NCBI GenBank assembly: GCA_951406725.2
Contig: OX597815.1
Coordinates: 149,048,001 to 149,112,000, forward strand
DNA: 64,000 bases
Origin: Octopus vulgaris
Lineage: Eukaryota
Reading direction: 5' to 3'
The notes under the pieces are model-generated. The model saw nothing but the letters and a program-made list of their open reading frames with translations, did not search any database and was not told where the DNA came from. Shown in pieces: positions 40,835 through 60,767 of the stretch (position 1 is its first letter; each line of letters begins with the position of its first letter). The translations under genes and the position numbers were made by a program.

Positions 40835-41242
40835 TGAAGAGACATGATTTATCAATAAACGCATTTTTCTATCCACAGATCTCAAAAGAGAAAAATGATA
40901 TGACTACATACATTATCGATCTGACTGTTGCTCTCGTCTACCACCAATGAAGTATATATTGAAAACGCATTTTTACAAAATGTTCTTATATGCAAATCGA
41001 GTAACACATGCAGCTATCCTAGTAGTAGCTACTAAAAAGGTCTCGTTAAACCATCATTAGCAACTATCTTGTTGAATTACTATAGTGGGCGACAGAAAAT
41101 ATCAAATTTATTCGAATGTTTCTGACTCGCAAATTTTTGACGATTGATTAAGAAAAATACCCACGCACAACATTGCAGCGAGGGTATTAATAACATAATC
41201 GTAAAGCATTAAACGTTTTCAGTGTTCACACACACACACACA

Positions 41243-41289
<47 letters not shown>

Positions 41290-42256
41290 CAAACATACAC
41301 GAGCACACGCCCATTCACATATTTTAAAATTATATGTGAATTTGTTAAATGAATAGAGAAATCAAGGCTATGTGCGAAGATCGAGATGAAGTATAACAAC
41401 ATCCTTTATTTTCTGTTTGTTATGATATGATGATAGTCTCAACACTCTATTAATATTGGAAAGTAAATAATGAAAAGCATGGTAAAGCTACATTCGTAAT
41501 TCACTAAATAACCCTGTTTCAATTACAATAAATTAAGAAATTTTGTGCGGGATTGATATAATATAAGAGATAAACACTTTAATAAAATGCTACCACACAT
41601 ATACCTAGAAATATAAGATGGTAAATGGCCCCTAGTAAAAGTTTGAAGTAGAATGAGAAAGGGCAAACAAGATAAATTATACAACTAAAGATAGGAGTCT
41701 GATGCTGTTTTGAATATTATCTTTGTGTGTACAATAAGCATTAATTTTTCATTCAACCAAGCGGAATAAAGATAAAACAATAATATCAAATAAGCGTAAA
41801 CCACAACATTATAACAGAGGAACTTTCTTTCTACAGCGTTTTAACACAGTCATATAAATTCATACGTGGAGGAATATTTTATAATATATAGCAAGAGTTT
41901 AAACTAGGTATGGGTAGATAACATGCTTCACTGTATATAACAAATTTTCTAAAGATATAACAATACATATCAGTGAAAAACAAAATGGCAGTTATTTATT
42001 GTACAGGCTAATGTTAATAGGTGCCGATATAAACTGAAACGAATACGATTAACAATTTAGATATCAAAATCTATAAATACTAGTGTTATGCTGGTTAAAA
42101 TAAGACAGAATAATAAATTAACAATTGCGTATAAGGTGCACGCAAATATATAATCACTCATTAGAACAAACAGAAATGGCAACAAGCAGAGTAAAGCAAC
42201 TTAAACAGCCACAACAATAACAATTCAAATAATAATAATGAATATAACAACAAAAC

Positions 42257-42333
<77 letters not shown>

Positions 42334-42349
42334 TAATAATAATGTATAC

Positions 42350-42488
42350 TAAATGCAGAAGGCCTCAAGTTTGTGGGGAGGGAATGAGTCGATTATATCG
42401 ACACAAGTGCGTATCTTAGAACGTAAGGACGGACGAAATGCCGGCAATAATTTTGCCTCGCGTGCTAACCGTCCTGCCAGTTCGCCGT
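42350..42488 (-). mobile_element. Internally deleted tRNA-derived SINE
   Basis: agtcgattatatcgac and agaacgtaaggacggacgaaat..cgtgctaac..gccag homologous to the other copies. Confidence 0.7.
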
Positions 42489-42557
42489 CATAATAATAAT
42501 ATTAATCATGATAACAATATTAGCAACAACAACAACAACAGCAACACCACCACCACC

Positions 42558-42589
<32 letters not shown>

Positions 42590-42593
42590 CTAC

Positions 42594-42686
<93 letters not shown>
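42489..42686 (+). repeat. Compound (CAA)n-(CCA)n-(TAA)n microsatellite
   Basis: Directly visible. Confidence 0.95.
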
Positions 42687-47600
<4,914 letters not shown>

Positions 47601-47619
47601 AAAGCGCTTACCCATCAAT

Positions 47620-48172
47620 GGATAATAGACTCTGGTGTGTGCACAAACAACCTCCAGTGCTTGAAAAGGGTCATATCCCACTCTTCTGGAACTTCACCAT
47701 TCAAACTGGCAGAGTGATAGATGCAAATTAGCCATACATCATATTTGAAGACTTCAGACAAAAATCATGCTTCCTCATTGATATGACTGTCCCGATGGAT
47801 ATAAACCTATCTGTCAAGACTTACCAAGAACTGAGCAAGTATAAAGATCTTGAAATAGAAATTAGCAAAATGTGGAACCTGAAGACTAAAACAATGCCTG
47901 TTTTCATATATGCCCTGGGAATTATAGCAAATGGCACTGATTGCCACCTAGCTCAGATACCAGGAAACCCCAAAATGGCAGAAATTCAAAAGATAGGGAT
48001 CATGGGAACTGCTAATATCCTACGCAAAATACTTGCTATATAATCTCAAGTTTTAAAACAAACATAATTTTCGTATGTTTTTGTTTTATTTATTCATTTT
48101 TTTAGTCATTCACTTGTACAACACTAAATACAAAACCAAATATATGGCATACTAGGCATAACAACAACATGA
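47620..48172 (+). mobile_element. 3' RLE fragment of R4/Dong family C with partial 3' UTR
   Basis: Clear DNA similarity to 43480-43975. ORF 47783 reads MTVPMDINLSVKTYQELSKYKDLEIEISKMW. Confidence 0.88.
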
Positions 48173-48173
48173 A

Positions 48174-48178
48174 TTATT

Positions 48179-48250
<72 letters not shown>
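48174..48250 (+). repeat. (TAA)n microsatellite
   Basis: Directly visible. Confidence 0.97.
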
Positions 48251-48251
<1 letters not shown>

Positions 48252-48390
48252 GAATGCTCAGTAGAGCTCCTAGAGAAAGTGTCTCCTTAGAGACAGCAAA
48301 GAATATCAGGAGATACCTAAGTTTACAGGTAGTAAATCACCATCCACATAATTTCTTCCAGGTATAGGATCAAACCTAAATCAAACCAAA
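48251..48390 (+). mobile_element. Very short degraded 3' end of another R4/Dong-type element
   Basis: SVELLEKV..LETAKNIRR resembles the C-terminal LLQK..LL.TA.ILR motif. Followed by tacctaag and decayed taa repeats. Confidence 0.5.
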
Positions 48391-50099
48391 ATAATTATAG
48401 TAAAGATAATAATAAAACTTAATATTGATTTTATATCAATTGGATAATAAAAGAAATGACATGCATAAAGTAAAGAAAAAATCTGTTTAGAATTCAGTCC
48501 GCGTACTGCGACATTGATGGTTTACATTTAACATAAAATTTTACCATAGGGTAATAAACTTCTGAGTAACTATTATAATAAACCCCCAGATAGGATACAA
48601 ACATATTTGGCAAATAATTGAGAAGGGTTACAGATATCTAGTAAATGAGAACGTTAGGGAAAATGTTTTCGTTACTGTGTTCAAGTGGACCAGCGTGAAA
48701 TGATGGTCTAGAATCAGCAATAGAACACATGCAATTAGCTACAATTTTATATGTCTATTGTCTATTCTGGTTTTGAATTACATCCGTTTTAATTATGAGT
48801 GGAGCGCGTATATTATATTTTTTTACCTTTTCAGTCGATCTACGAAATCAGAATGTTAGAAAAAATGCTTCCGTATGACCGAAACATAATAGAAAAATAT
48901 AATCGTGAAACTGAATGCGATGCGTAAGACCAACACTGTGACAAACATTTACTTGATCGCACAGATTTTAAAAGCCGTTCTTCCAGAAAATAATATAGCG
49001 ATGAGATGGAAACAGTTCACAACTTTGCACATATACATATCGAATAATACAAACAAATATATTAAAGATATTTAAAGACATTATTGTTAGTTTTAGAGGC
49101 TGCCATCATGCATTCTGAATGTATTCTTTTCAAAATGTAATTGTTTGCAATATAATATTTTCTCTAATTTTGATGTCGTAGTACATTTGTGTGATGAATA
49201 TATAGCAATGGTTTCGATCAATATGCCTGCAATGAGAAGAAGAGTGTGAATAAAATGGAAGTAGTCTGTCTGAATAACAAGTAGACGATGCTTAATTGCG
49301 CTTCATATGATGAGGAAAATCCAGTGACATGAACAACATTGAATTCAGCAAACCAAGAATACGAGAATATTCTGATTCATAAGAAAAACACTTCTTAAGT
49401 ATTCAGTACCGTCTCTCCTAGCTTTTATTTTGCAAGAATTATGTTACATGTAGCACAGCATAAACCAGTATAGAATACGAACATGAAGGTCGGTTCGGGG
49501 CCCAAATATTACTTTTGAAATAGTGTATAATGAGAATGAATACTACAGAATGAATATTTCTTCTATGTAACCTAAATTGTGCTGTTGCTTTATTCGCTGA
49601 AGCTCAAAGAGAGCAAAGCTGTGACTCAGGTGCGTATTGCTCCCACATACGATACGCAAATACAACTAATTTAGTACATTTCCCACGGTCGCATTTAGGA
49701 AATTATACATAAATATTTATCGTAGTGTCACTCAAAATCACTCACATATGCATTGGGTACGAAGTGTGCTCTTGTATTTTTTTACTCTATAGGTACAAGA
49801 ATATCTATGCCTTTCACACATGACTTGTTTCAGGCTAGCCCATACAAGCGCAGTCGCTTCACATGCCTCTCTCTCTGTTACGCTTATAATATACATATCC
49901 ACAACCTACGTACAATCTACGTACAAATATTACCAGTCTCTCACTAAACGCTTTTATTGCATAAAATATTGTTACAGTATTATTGTCTGTCTTTATGCAT
50001 CTGTCAGCTTGAAGCTTTTCAAGAAGTATATCAGCAAATTCGTCTCACAAAAGTATAGCATTTCTAGACATAAAAAAATCGAGTCATAAATATCTAGCA

Positions 50100-50780
50100 T
50101 CCCGCCATATAGAAAAACAGAGTGAAGTATTGGATAATGTATTCTAGTCACCCTTAATATACACATATTCTAGACTGGAGCACGTTTTATTATTGTTTTG
50201 CTTGATCAGGGTGAAGCTAGGTTCAAGAAGGTCTCTTATATACCAGGATATCTAATAGGGATCAAAGAAACAACACCATTCAGCCCAAAATATGATAGAT
50301 ATCAAGTGTAAGATTTTATATTCTTGGTTTTGATATATTTACAGCAACATCAAATTATAGAAAGCTGCTTTACTTCTATTTATTGTTATGGTGAAAGTGT
50401 TTTTGATCTGGGTTTGTTAGTTTCCATGTTATTTGTATAAAAGCTCGAGCGGGAATCTCCATTGTTAGACGATTGTCATATTTTATCTACAGTATCTGTA
50501 TTTCCGTTGTGATTTGTTTTTTCTATACGAATTAGAAAATATCGTTATATGTTTTTATTGCTTCGAGATACCATTCTTGATACGTACTTTTATTTCCTTT
50601 CTTATGTTCAAGGAAGTTTGTATGTTTGCCTAAGTAGGATAAATTCGATAAATTTTATTTCTTTGTGGGGCAGACAATATCTTCTTTCTTTATGAGGTCC
50701 AGGACTCTTCTTTTTCGTGTTTGGATACTTTATATGACGTATTATATTCCTGTATCGTACGTTTCTCTATACTTTCTATT
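50100..50780 (-). pseudogene. Possible degraded Penelope-like RT relic
   Basis: Minus-strand LLDILVYK (~50240-50262, cf. PFLD.L.) and a weak MG.P-like echo near 50455. No ORF. Confidence 0.25.
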
Positions 50781-52069
50781 CTTTTGTGATAAATGTCCAT
50801 ATATTTAGAAATGCATTGTTTTTTTACTGCTATTAGGATCTTCTATTGTGAAACCATGTTTTCTATGAAGGATTGCTGTGTAATATAATGTTTCCAGTAT
50901 TGTATATTATCTATTGTGTATTGAAGACTGTCACTTTAGGAAATTGACCCTTTCTCAGTAGAAAAAAACCTGGGGAAGAACATTAGAAGAATCGTCAGTA
51001 TATAAAGTATGCCATATAAATGAACAAGTTAAAATTATGATGGCATTATATCCCATCATTGCATTCCATAACATTCAAAAGAGAATGAAATTAACAACCA
51101 AGTGCCATGCAACATGCTTGGTAATATCTCCTGAATATGCGCTGAGAATGTCTAAAAACTGTAACGAAGGGTACAAAAATAAAGAAATGACTCATATTAC
51201 GTACGAAAGAAACATAAAAACTAGTGATACAGATCATAACGGCAGGAGAATCTGAACAATTTCATAGCCAGTTATAGATTAAATCTCTCTGACACGTGTC
51301 CGTTTGTTGAAAACCAAATAAACCGACATAAACCCTACGATCGCTTGCCGTTTTGCTCGGTTGCACGAAGCAATCTTGCGACAGTTTCCTGTGATGTTCT
51401 AACTACATGTGAGTAATGCAGACCTTATTGGCAGCAAATAATGGCTAAATTCGAAGATAGCCTTTGTTTTCCTAACTACGAACCCCGTCGAAAAATGTTC
51501 TGAAGAAGCCCATTTTGACCGCTGGAGCTCACAATTATACGCGATCGGAAATGGTACTACATTCACGACCATGACGTAGGATACGCGTAAAAACCGAATG
51601 GAAGATAGCACTTCTTTTGGTATTTCTTTTCCTTTTTGCCAACCATTCATCTTCAAGGATAATATACTAAAGCTAGTGCATTACTGTGCAAACATCTACA
51701 ATTCTAGTATCCAACCCAATCTTCTCATCATTCGCGAGAAGCGACTCCAAGACACTTAAATCTGCGTCCGTGGTGTTTTAATAACATGCAGATTGCACCG
51801 GGGAGAGTTTCTTTAGAGAACCCTAATGTCTCAGTTTTCCAAATACGTATTTTGATCCCAACGCTCCACAGTAAACCCTTTCTGTTCGTGCTGCAGATCA
51901 TCTCACAAAAATTATTTGAGATATTATTTCTTTAATTTTCCCCTTAATTTCGCGCAACTACCGTCCATGTTTCTCCCAATCGGATGGTAATTTTATTTCT
52001 TTAGTTAGCTCCTCATCAACAAAATCCAACCTCAATTTAGTTCTATATTTAAGAGATGTGGAATCATGA

Positions 52070-52190
52070 ACATTATGTACATTATTTACATTTCATGAAA
52101 GCTGGAGGGTATATGAGCCGAAATGTTGTCTTAACAACAAATTAGATGAGGACACATATCCGTCAAATGTAAATAATGTGAATAATGTAA
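52070..52190 (+). mobile_element. Short Penelope-type terminal remnant with a decayed hammerhead-like core
   Basis: Inverted repeat acattatttacattt / aaatgtaaataatgt enclosing atgaa-agctg-gagggtatat-gagcc-gaaatgtt. Confidence 0.45.
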
Positions 52191-52526
52191 ATGATGTCCA
52201 ACCTCAATTTGTTCAGCATACTCTTGTATCTTCTCCTAGATACAAGAAACTACGTCCTACTGACTGACGTGGAAGAGTGTTGCATTCTTCAGATTAGTCT
52301 TAAATATTTTCGTGTATTTCTCTTTCGCTGTACTTTTCTTTTAGGACCTCATTTACTACAACCATTCCGTCTCAAATACAGCTGCACACAAAAACCAAGA
52401 TGATGTATGACTGGAAGAGTTAATCGATTATGTCGATGACGTCTATATTTTTGACACTGTACATTGGCGTAAATACATACATGAATGCTCGTGTGAATAT
52501 TAGTAATTAGTAATATTAGTAATTAT

Positions 52527-52596
52527 AGGTGCAGGGGTGGCTGTGTGATAAGTAGCTTGTTTATTAACAACATGATTCCGGATTCAGTCCCACTGT
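52527..52596 (+). mobile_element. Head of the second SINE family
   Basis: ggtgcaggggtggctgtgtgg (A box)...ccggattcagtccc (B box). Homologous to the reverse complement of 27380-27457. Confidence 0.7.
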
Positions 52597-53704
52597 GTCC
52601 CTCCATCTTTGTCAATGTGACCGCCTGTGGCTAATTAGTCCGATTCGTGATCACTGCTACAACAGAGCTGTGATCTCCTACGAAAAGAACAGGATTGCAA
52701 GCGCACAAAGAAAACGTAAATTATGCAAGAATAGAACCGGCCCCTTGTTTTCAGTCCCAACAGATCACCGTGTTGATATATAAATACACGCACGCACATA
52801 AATAATTTTAGCAATATTAACAGAATAAAATATACTAAATATTGCTTAAAAATCAAAATAGTATCAACAAATATATTATTGAAGTCCGTAAATGTAGTTT
52901 TATTAAGTAATTGAATATATTATTATGATTTCCTTTGTAGACTACAATTAACGCCACAAAATAAACATGAAGATTCGTGGGAAAGACTCCGGTTCAAAAT
53001 TTAGATAAAGTGTGTAAGATTTCATTGCTAATATCTGTCAATATATTGATTTCAAATTCATTGTTGCCCGGTACGAATAAGACGATAAATTTCTCAAACA
53101 ACTAGAAATAAACAATTTAATGAGGAAGATATAGTTAGAAGGAGGTAGCAAAGTGTATTTCTTCGTAACTTTCTCAAGAGCAAATGAACATATCGGAACA
53201 AAGCTCTAGAGCGGCTTATATATTTATCCCCCACCCTGCAAAACACAAAACACAACAAAAACCAAATAAAACGCGTATTGTATGCACATTAAATGAAACG
53301 AATACAACTGAATCTCTCAAGATACTACACATGCCACATCGCTGGTATTTGAAAGTATTTTGATGTTACGATGGCTAGTTCAAAATGGAATTTATATGAA
53401 TTTTCACTGAAACTTGTATGGAATATATTTATACAAATACATACAGCTATATGTGTGTATTTATGTGTAAGTGATGAGTGACCCCAAAATGTTTGCGAGG
53501 CACAGGATAAACAATCATGACAGTTACACATTTCATACGTTATTTGGATGAAAACTGATATTTGGTAAACAGCAAATTATATTGAAATTACGTGGATATT
53601 CAAACTAAAATTACGTGAATGCTAATTCTTTTCTTAACTTCAAAATCACTGCAAATATCATCCTAAGCTGGACGTTTCACAAATATATGCAATGCAATAT
53701 TGTT

Positions 53705-53875
53705 CTCAAATTTCGGTACAAATCCAGCAATTTCAGTAGAGGTTATCAGTTGGTTACATCTGGTATTTATTCCATCGACTCCAAAAGGATAAAATTGACC
53801 TCAGCGGAATTTAAACTTAGAATGGAACGACTGACGAAATGCCGCAAAATATCTTGCCAACATTGCTAACGATAG
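53705..53875 (-). mobile_element. Degraded tRNA-derived SINE
   Basis: atcgactccaaaaggataaaattgacctcagcggaattt..gacgaaat..tgctaacg. Confidence 0.65.
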
Positions 53876-55219
53876 TCATACGGGAACACACAGTATTATA
53901 ATGCTGTACGGCGAAAAATTAAACCTCCCAAGTAACATTTGAAGTTAGTTTCAACGTATTAACCGTTGGAAATTTATTATCTGTGGTATAATTGATTACA
54001 TGGATTATGTAAAATATCATTTCAGAATTAGGCCTTGATAGTGTATGTATATAATTAGTTCAATGCATCCAACATTGGCATTTCACATTATTTTGAGATA
54101 TTCATATACAGTCCTATTAATCTTATTAAATTACAAGCCTTAATGTCAGGTAAACATTCACTTAAATTAGTATTAATAGCATTGACGAAACACGGTTAAT
54201 ATTTGTTTTAACATATTTGGTTAATTTTACGTGCTGTATAGTGTCACTACCTTTCTACTCGAATTACATAGAAGTGATTTGTTTTAAGTTCTTAAGTCTT
54301 TTATTTAAGCGTTATGAGACAAGGAATACTTGAATCCCCGTGAATTTTTTTGTAAAGATCAGATGTCAACTATTAATACAAATTCGGTCGAAAAACTGGA
54401 ATAATCGATAGAGATAAAATCTCTTGCTTTTAGCTACTATACTTTACCAATATATTATTTTTAATATTTACCATTTTAAGTTCGGCATTTAAACCTTAAT
54501 GTTGATAAAATACCGCACGCTTGTGCCACTTTTGAGAATCAATATTACAGACACATTTCATGAAGATTATCAATTTATACTTTAGATGCATGCTTAATTC
54601 TCAACGAATAATATTCAAAATAAGAAGACAGTTCTGTAGAATTTATGTGAAATCTAAACAAGAAAACATAATATAAATAAAAATATTCTTCTTGGTTCTA
54701 TTTAACCATGAAAGTTGTGACGCGAAAATAGATATTCTAATGCAGAACATCCATCACATTATTACTTCGGACATCTCAGTTTTAATTGTTTTTTATATTT
54801 TTACATTCGTGATATATTAATCTTAATTCTTCTGTCGGAAATATATTTATCATTATTTATTTTAAAAAGTAACAAAATGATACATGTCTACATAAAAAAA
54901 ATGTAAGTAAACTGCTTAGCAGATTTGATGAAGACAAATATTTGAAAGTGAATATGAGGTTACTAAAATGGTATCAATAAAATTGTCAAGGAACTGAGGT
55001 TGGAGTCGTGAGTGTGAAAATATATATATTGCGATGAACAGCGAAAGAGACTAAAATAATATTTTGAAATGGTACAGGCACACGCACTCATTTTACACAC
55101 AGACGCACATACACACAATCATACACACACACACACAAAGATACATACATACATACATATATAAATATAGATATATACATCTATCAATATATATAGATTA
55201 ATAAATAAATAGATATATG

Positions 55220-55222
55220 TAT

Positions 55223-55279
<57 letters not shown>

Positions 55280-55346
55280 AGTAGGTAGATAGACAGATAG
55301 ACAGATAAATATATAAATAAATTGATAGATTGATAGATTGATAGAT

Positions 55347-55385
<39 letters not shown>

Positions 55386-55404
55386 TAGATAGATAGATAG
55401 ATAT

Positions 55405-55498
<94 letters not shown>
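55220..55498 (+). repeat. Compound (CA)n-(TA)n-(GA)n-(GATA)n microsatellite
   Basis: Directly visible. Confidence 0.95.
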
Positions 55499-55499
<1 letters not shown>

Positions 55500-58400
55500 T
55501 GAATAGGCGTAACTGAAAAGAGATTTCTTGATACAGTTGCTGACATGTTGCTTTTATACTTTTGATTGATTGATACATATAAAGATGTTTGTTTTTTTAT
55601 TATGAAATTTATTTCAACCTATCAAGATTTCTATATATTTTCAGCACTCATCATCGATATGGATGATGATATATCAGTTTTTTTCCTTTTATTTGTAAAA
55701 TATATTTATGTATTCATAATATATTTTTTAAATTCCTCACATTTCAAAACTGAACTTAAAACATGAGATAAGCAATGATTATTGAAAACATTCTAGCAGT
55801 TATCATCAGATTTCAATTCTTTAACGACGGAGAGCTAAAAAGAAACTTATTATTTATTACTTCTTAAACGGTGATGTCCTGAAAAGCACGTCATGATTTA
55901 GAATGAGAAAGTAATGTAAAGACTTCGGTAATGTATCATATTTTCGTTGCTCATAGACATGAAAATAAAGGAATAAATAACATACGGTTTTATTGAAATC
56001 CACCAATTATTCACCTCTTTTAAATACACAGCTTGAATACATTTCGCAGTTTAGGCTTGCCTTTCGTATGTTCTATTTCTCTTACTTTCAGGTAAATCGT
56101 AATTAACGTAGAAGAAAAAAATTAGTATGGGAACAGAAATAAAACTGAAGTGAAGAACGTATATATAGTGCGTATGTATATTTGGCAAAGACAAACGTGA
56201 CCATCCCGAAATGTAATACTATAGGTAAAAATTGCTGTGTTATAAAATAATTTAGATGTTCTTTATCACAGCTAAGTTTCCTAAGTAAAATAAACACATT
56301 TCATAGCTGTTGTTCAATGTTGAATTATCCTCGCTTAAACAAAATATCAGAACCCTATTTATGCGTCCACAATGCAGAAATAGACGCTCACATTCATTGA
56401 AGGTTATGGGGAAAATATAAAAATGTTTATTACATAAAAACCATTTTGTGAAGTGTTGTTTGTAAACACGGATCGCCTTTTATCTTCATTGTATATAATT
56501 AATTACCGCTTAGTATTATTTCCTAGGTGGATATCAAGAAATATATGTTTATGTTAGTATAAGCATATCTTTTATAGAGCACTTTAAAATATTTCATTGT
56601 ATGCTAACACATCATTTTGTAAGCATATATAATAATTATAATTATTTAGTTAAACTTGTATGTCGAGTTTAAACAAGTTTTATTGAAATGTACACGTTAA
56701 AAAACAAATATTTTACTGAAATATTTGCTTATTAAAGGCAAGTACTATATACATCTATGTATATAAATGCCACCGTAATAATAATCAGAAAGGTTTGTTA
56801 ATTGTCGGGAACTATTTTGCGATTTTCCTACAACAGAGGTATTTAGACCTTTTTTTATTTTCTTTAATTCTAGTTCATATTACATGCGTAAATACTGCTA
56901 TTGTGATACTTATATGATTTCATCATATCTACAGAATCTAATGTCGGTGTTGGAATAGATGGAAGTTCATTAATAACCCAATAACCTTCAAATTGGGAAA
57001 CAAGTTGATTCCCATTTGCAAACGCGCCATTTTCTTAGAGCGTGACATCGCGCTATCATCAGTTGAGAATGACTATATTGAATTACTTGAACGCTACTCA
57101 TGTCAGAGAATTTCAAGTATAAATCCTTGAGGGGTTAGAAGAATAAATTTACTTTAAATTTATTATTACGTATAAAAGTTGAACAAGTAATTATAATATA
57201 TCACGTGGAAAGTAATTTATCTGACTGTTTTCATTAACATTTAAATGATGTATCAATGAGAAAAAATATCATAGAAAAACATCGATCCCGCATTCCACCG
57301 CTTATAATCGACTGTTCTCGGATTCATGAAATCACCAGGGACCCTCGTGGGAGGCGTGGTAAGAGGTTGATAGATCAAACAGACATAAACACTCCATATA
57401 CACTCTAATGCCAAAATGGGCATGCGAAGTATATGCGAATGCGAAAGGAAATTGAAGCTGACTCAAAGTTAGACGCAGCTGTCACACTCAAGTGTATTCA
57501 TAGTTCTGAAGATATAAAGCTTAGTACGTTTAAATTATAGCATCAACATACATGATCTTCTTCCAGAGATGAAAGGCAGAAAACGACTGTATGTATCAGG
57601 CTTGTTGGGCAAATTTATATATACATGTTATTTACAGAGTAACTATCACAAAGAAAAAAATCTGTATTAATTCTATGTCACAAGTTAAGTCCATACATGA
57701 ATCATTCCAATGTCTAGAATCTATATTCTAGATAGATTTAATGAACTCTCGTGAGAATGACACAGTCGTTAAAGAGAAGTGAATTTGTCTATTTTGTACT
57801 TTTAGTTCTGCCAATTTTTTCGCTTGTAAGTAAACATAAAATATGATATATTTATAGAAAAAGTTCGGTTTTTCATACATTGTTTCTCCAGGATCCATCT
57901 TAAAGTTCAAACTATGTTTTGTATAAGCATGTGAATATGATACTGAAAAAAGAAGTCAAAATAAATAATCGATCCTAATTTGGTTTTCATTAGGATAAAC
58001 GTTATGGATGTATTTCACGTTTCTTTCAAACAATCACGCAATATTACAGATATTATTCTTTAATGTGACACAAATACGCAATGACAATATTCGAAAATAG
58101 TGTTGCTGCTGTAGCGTGCCGAAATGATTTTGTTCTTCTGTTGGCATATGCTAACAGAAGAACGAGGTAATTCCTTGTATTAAATGATTTCGTTCTAGTT
58201 AATATGTCACTTCCTAGACTTTATACTTTAGTTTATCTAAGACACTTCACATTCTGATTTTGATTTGTTCCTCCCTGTTAGAGTATATATTATGTATCGA
58301 AGAAAATATTAGAGCAAAATAATCTCGATTAGGAACTAGTTAACGTTTAACAAAACTAACATGTGTTTACACAGAAAATATGAAGAATACAATGAAAAAT

Positions 58401-58627
58401 CCTCGACCAGAAGCTATCTCGCTTCAGAAGTAGAAGGTTTAGGAAGATATTAAGCATTAAACTATAACATTGAGTATAATCTTATATATATGGTCTTAAG
58501 TACACACTATGTATCCCTATTAGGCAAATTATCAACGTGAATGTAATAGCTGAGTAGGAGATAAGCAAACAAAAGATTGCCATTTAATATCTAAGTTAGC
58601 ATTACACATATACATTTGTATACACAG

Positions 58628-58850
58628 ACGACCGTCCCCAACTATTACGATAGAGAGCCAGGAAGAAGAAACTGAAGGGACAAGCCCATCTTTTTGTGGA
58701 GAAGATAGCACCATCCTCGCCCACCCCACTACAGTACCGCAAAATGCCAGGCCGCTGATCGTTGCAATCACATTAGCATCAGCACCAACAATATCAGCTA
58801 CAGTGCGACCACTCCTCTTGTTATTCCCTGTTACGGATTGTTATGGTTAG
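58628..58850 (+). other. GC-richer non-repetitive island, possible host exon
   Basis: Follows cag at 58625-58627. Open frame RPSPTITIESQEEETEG...PLLLLFPVTDCYG ends at TAG 58850. No recognisable homology and a weak polypyrimidine tract. Confidence 0.2.
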
Positions 58851-60336
58851 CAAATTGTCAGGTATATGATACGCTTTTCAATTAATCTATTCTCTGCTAA
58901 AACAAACAAATGGTGTTTATATAAGAATAATTGTCTTTGATAGTAGAGGATACGTAGTATTTTCCCTGCTCCAACTGAACCCCACAGGTGCATTGGCGTC
59001 ACGTATACCATACCGAAACGCTCACGCATGTACACATATATGCATACACACCCATCCCAAAACACACACCCACACTCAGAATTACAACTTCAGCACGTAT
59101 AATGTGTCTGTAATATTATATTTTTTAATCTTTAGGCTGACTTCAATCTCATCGAGGAGGCTTGTGATAAAATGTTTCCGTCATAACCAGGGTCGCCTTA
59201 ACAACATTATAATCTCCCTGGTAAAAGAATGCACCGCATGTTATATTAAATATTACCGGCATTCATCGATCGTATTTGGGCCCACAGATTCGTGAGAGCT
59301 CAAAATGGCACTGGCGAGCTTAAAATGGCACTGGTTACTATATTATATTTTTGTACGCAGCATTATACCTAAAATCTGCATGTTTTAAAGTAATTGTGCT
59401 TTTTTTTCTATTAGTCTGAAATGCCATTCGGAGATTGTCATTTTGGTTACCATATAGATTGTCCTCCAATTCTTGCTACAGAAGAAAACATAACAAAATG
59501 TATCCCGGTTATAAATATTGCATCTCTTTTAATACCAGAGAGCACATCGCCCAATGTGCCCATTCTTTCTAAAATTAGAGTGCCTTATTTTTGTGATATT
59601 GACGTTATAAATTTCCTGTGATGATAATCTCATTCAAAGACTGTAGCATGTATATTGTCGTGGCCTTTGAACTCAATTACTTGATAGACAACATAGGAAA
59701 CACGCCTTGTCATTCCTTGTTTCATCTGAGCTTGCTTTAAATCCAAACATTGTATCTTACAAAATATCAGTTGCTACTTGTCTAACGTACACTTCCGACA
59801 TGAGAATGTTAGCATGACATGTGTACATGTTGAGCAAGTACATTTAGCAGCTCGTAATAAATTCCTTCGTTTTTTTTAAATTTTTATATAAACTTAAGTA
59901 ACACGTTAGATAAGTTAGCGCAAAAATTATAGGCTTTTAAACCAGGCTGATTCTGCTTTTTGGTTTATTGAGAAGTACTGCATCCATTGATTTCACCTTT
60001 CAAAATGTGAGTATCGTGATATATATAAAAATATACGGTGGCTATTTCTAGCAGTTCCAACGACCAGGCAAAAGCACATGTTTTAGTATCTTGTAAACAA
60101 ATGCTAGTCTAAGCGATAATACCTATGACAAAAGTGCTTTTGCTAGCGTCATCATTTATATCTATATATGTGTTGGATTACATTGTACATTCTTGATCAT
60201 AAGAGATATCGTTTTCAGAGGAGTACATGATTTTTTCAAAACGAAGTACTCTTTGTGCCAGAATTTACAATTCCAAGTGGCTTAAGCAACACAGTCTACC
60301 CATAGACATAAATGAAGAAACATATACCTGTGAGTC

Positions 60337-60342
60337 TGTGTG

Positions 60343-60414
<72 letters not shown>

Positions 60415-60430
60415 TGTGTGTGTGTGTGCG
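60337..60430 (+). repeat. (TG)n microsatellite
   Basis: Directly visible. Confidence 0.97.
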
Positions 60431-60726
60431 TCTGTTTTGTAAATACATACCTATATCGGATAGTAAGTAAGTTTGTGTATACGAGGGTATAGGTTTCATA
60501 ACAATGTTATCGTTATTTTTGAAGAATTCCGGGAGAAAATGATAGCGAACACAGTACAGTTGTACATATTTATTGAATAAATATAACTTTATGTGATGTG
60601 ATATATTTTTGCTAAGAAAAATATTATTCGCAATCTTTTACTTGTTCTAATAAAACAATATGTACACCCCCCCATCCCCATAATAGTGCATTACACAGAT
60701 GCACACATTCACACAATATATATATA

Positions 60727-60767
<41 letters not shown>

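Noticed and set aside
59294-59334. 20-bp direct duplication gagct.aaaatggcactgg (similar 25-bp pair at ~30745-30795)
   Set aside because: Two-copy slippage-type duplication with no further structure.
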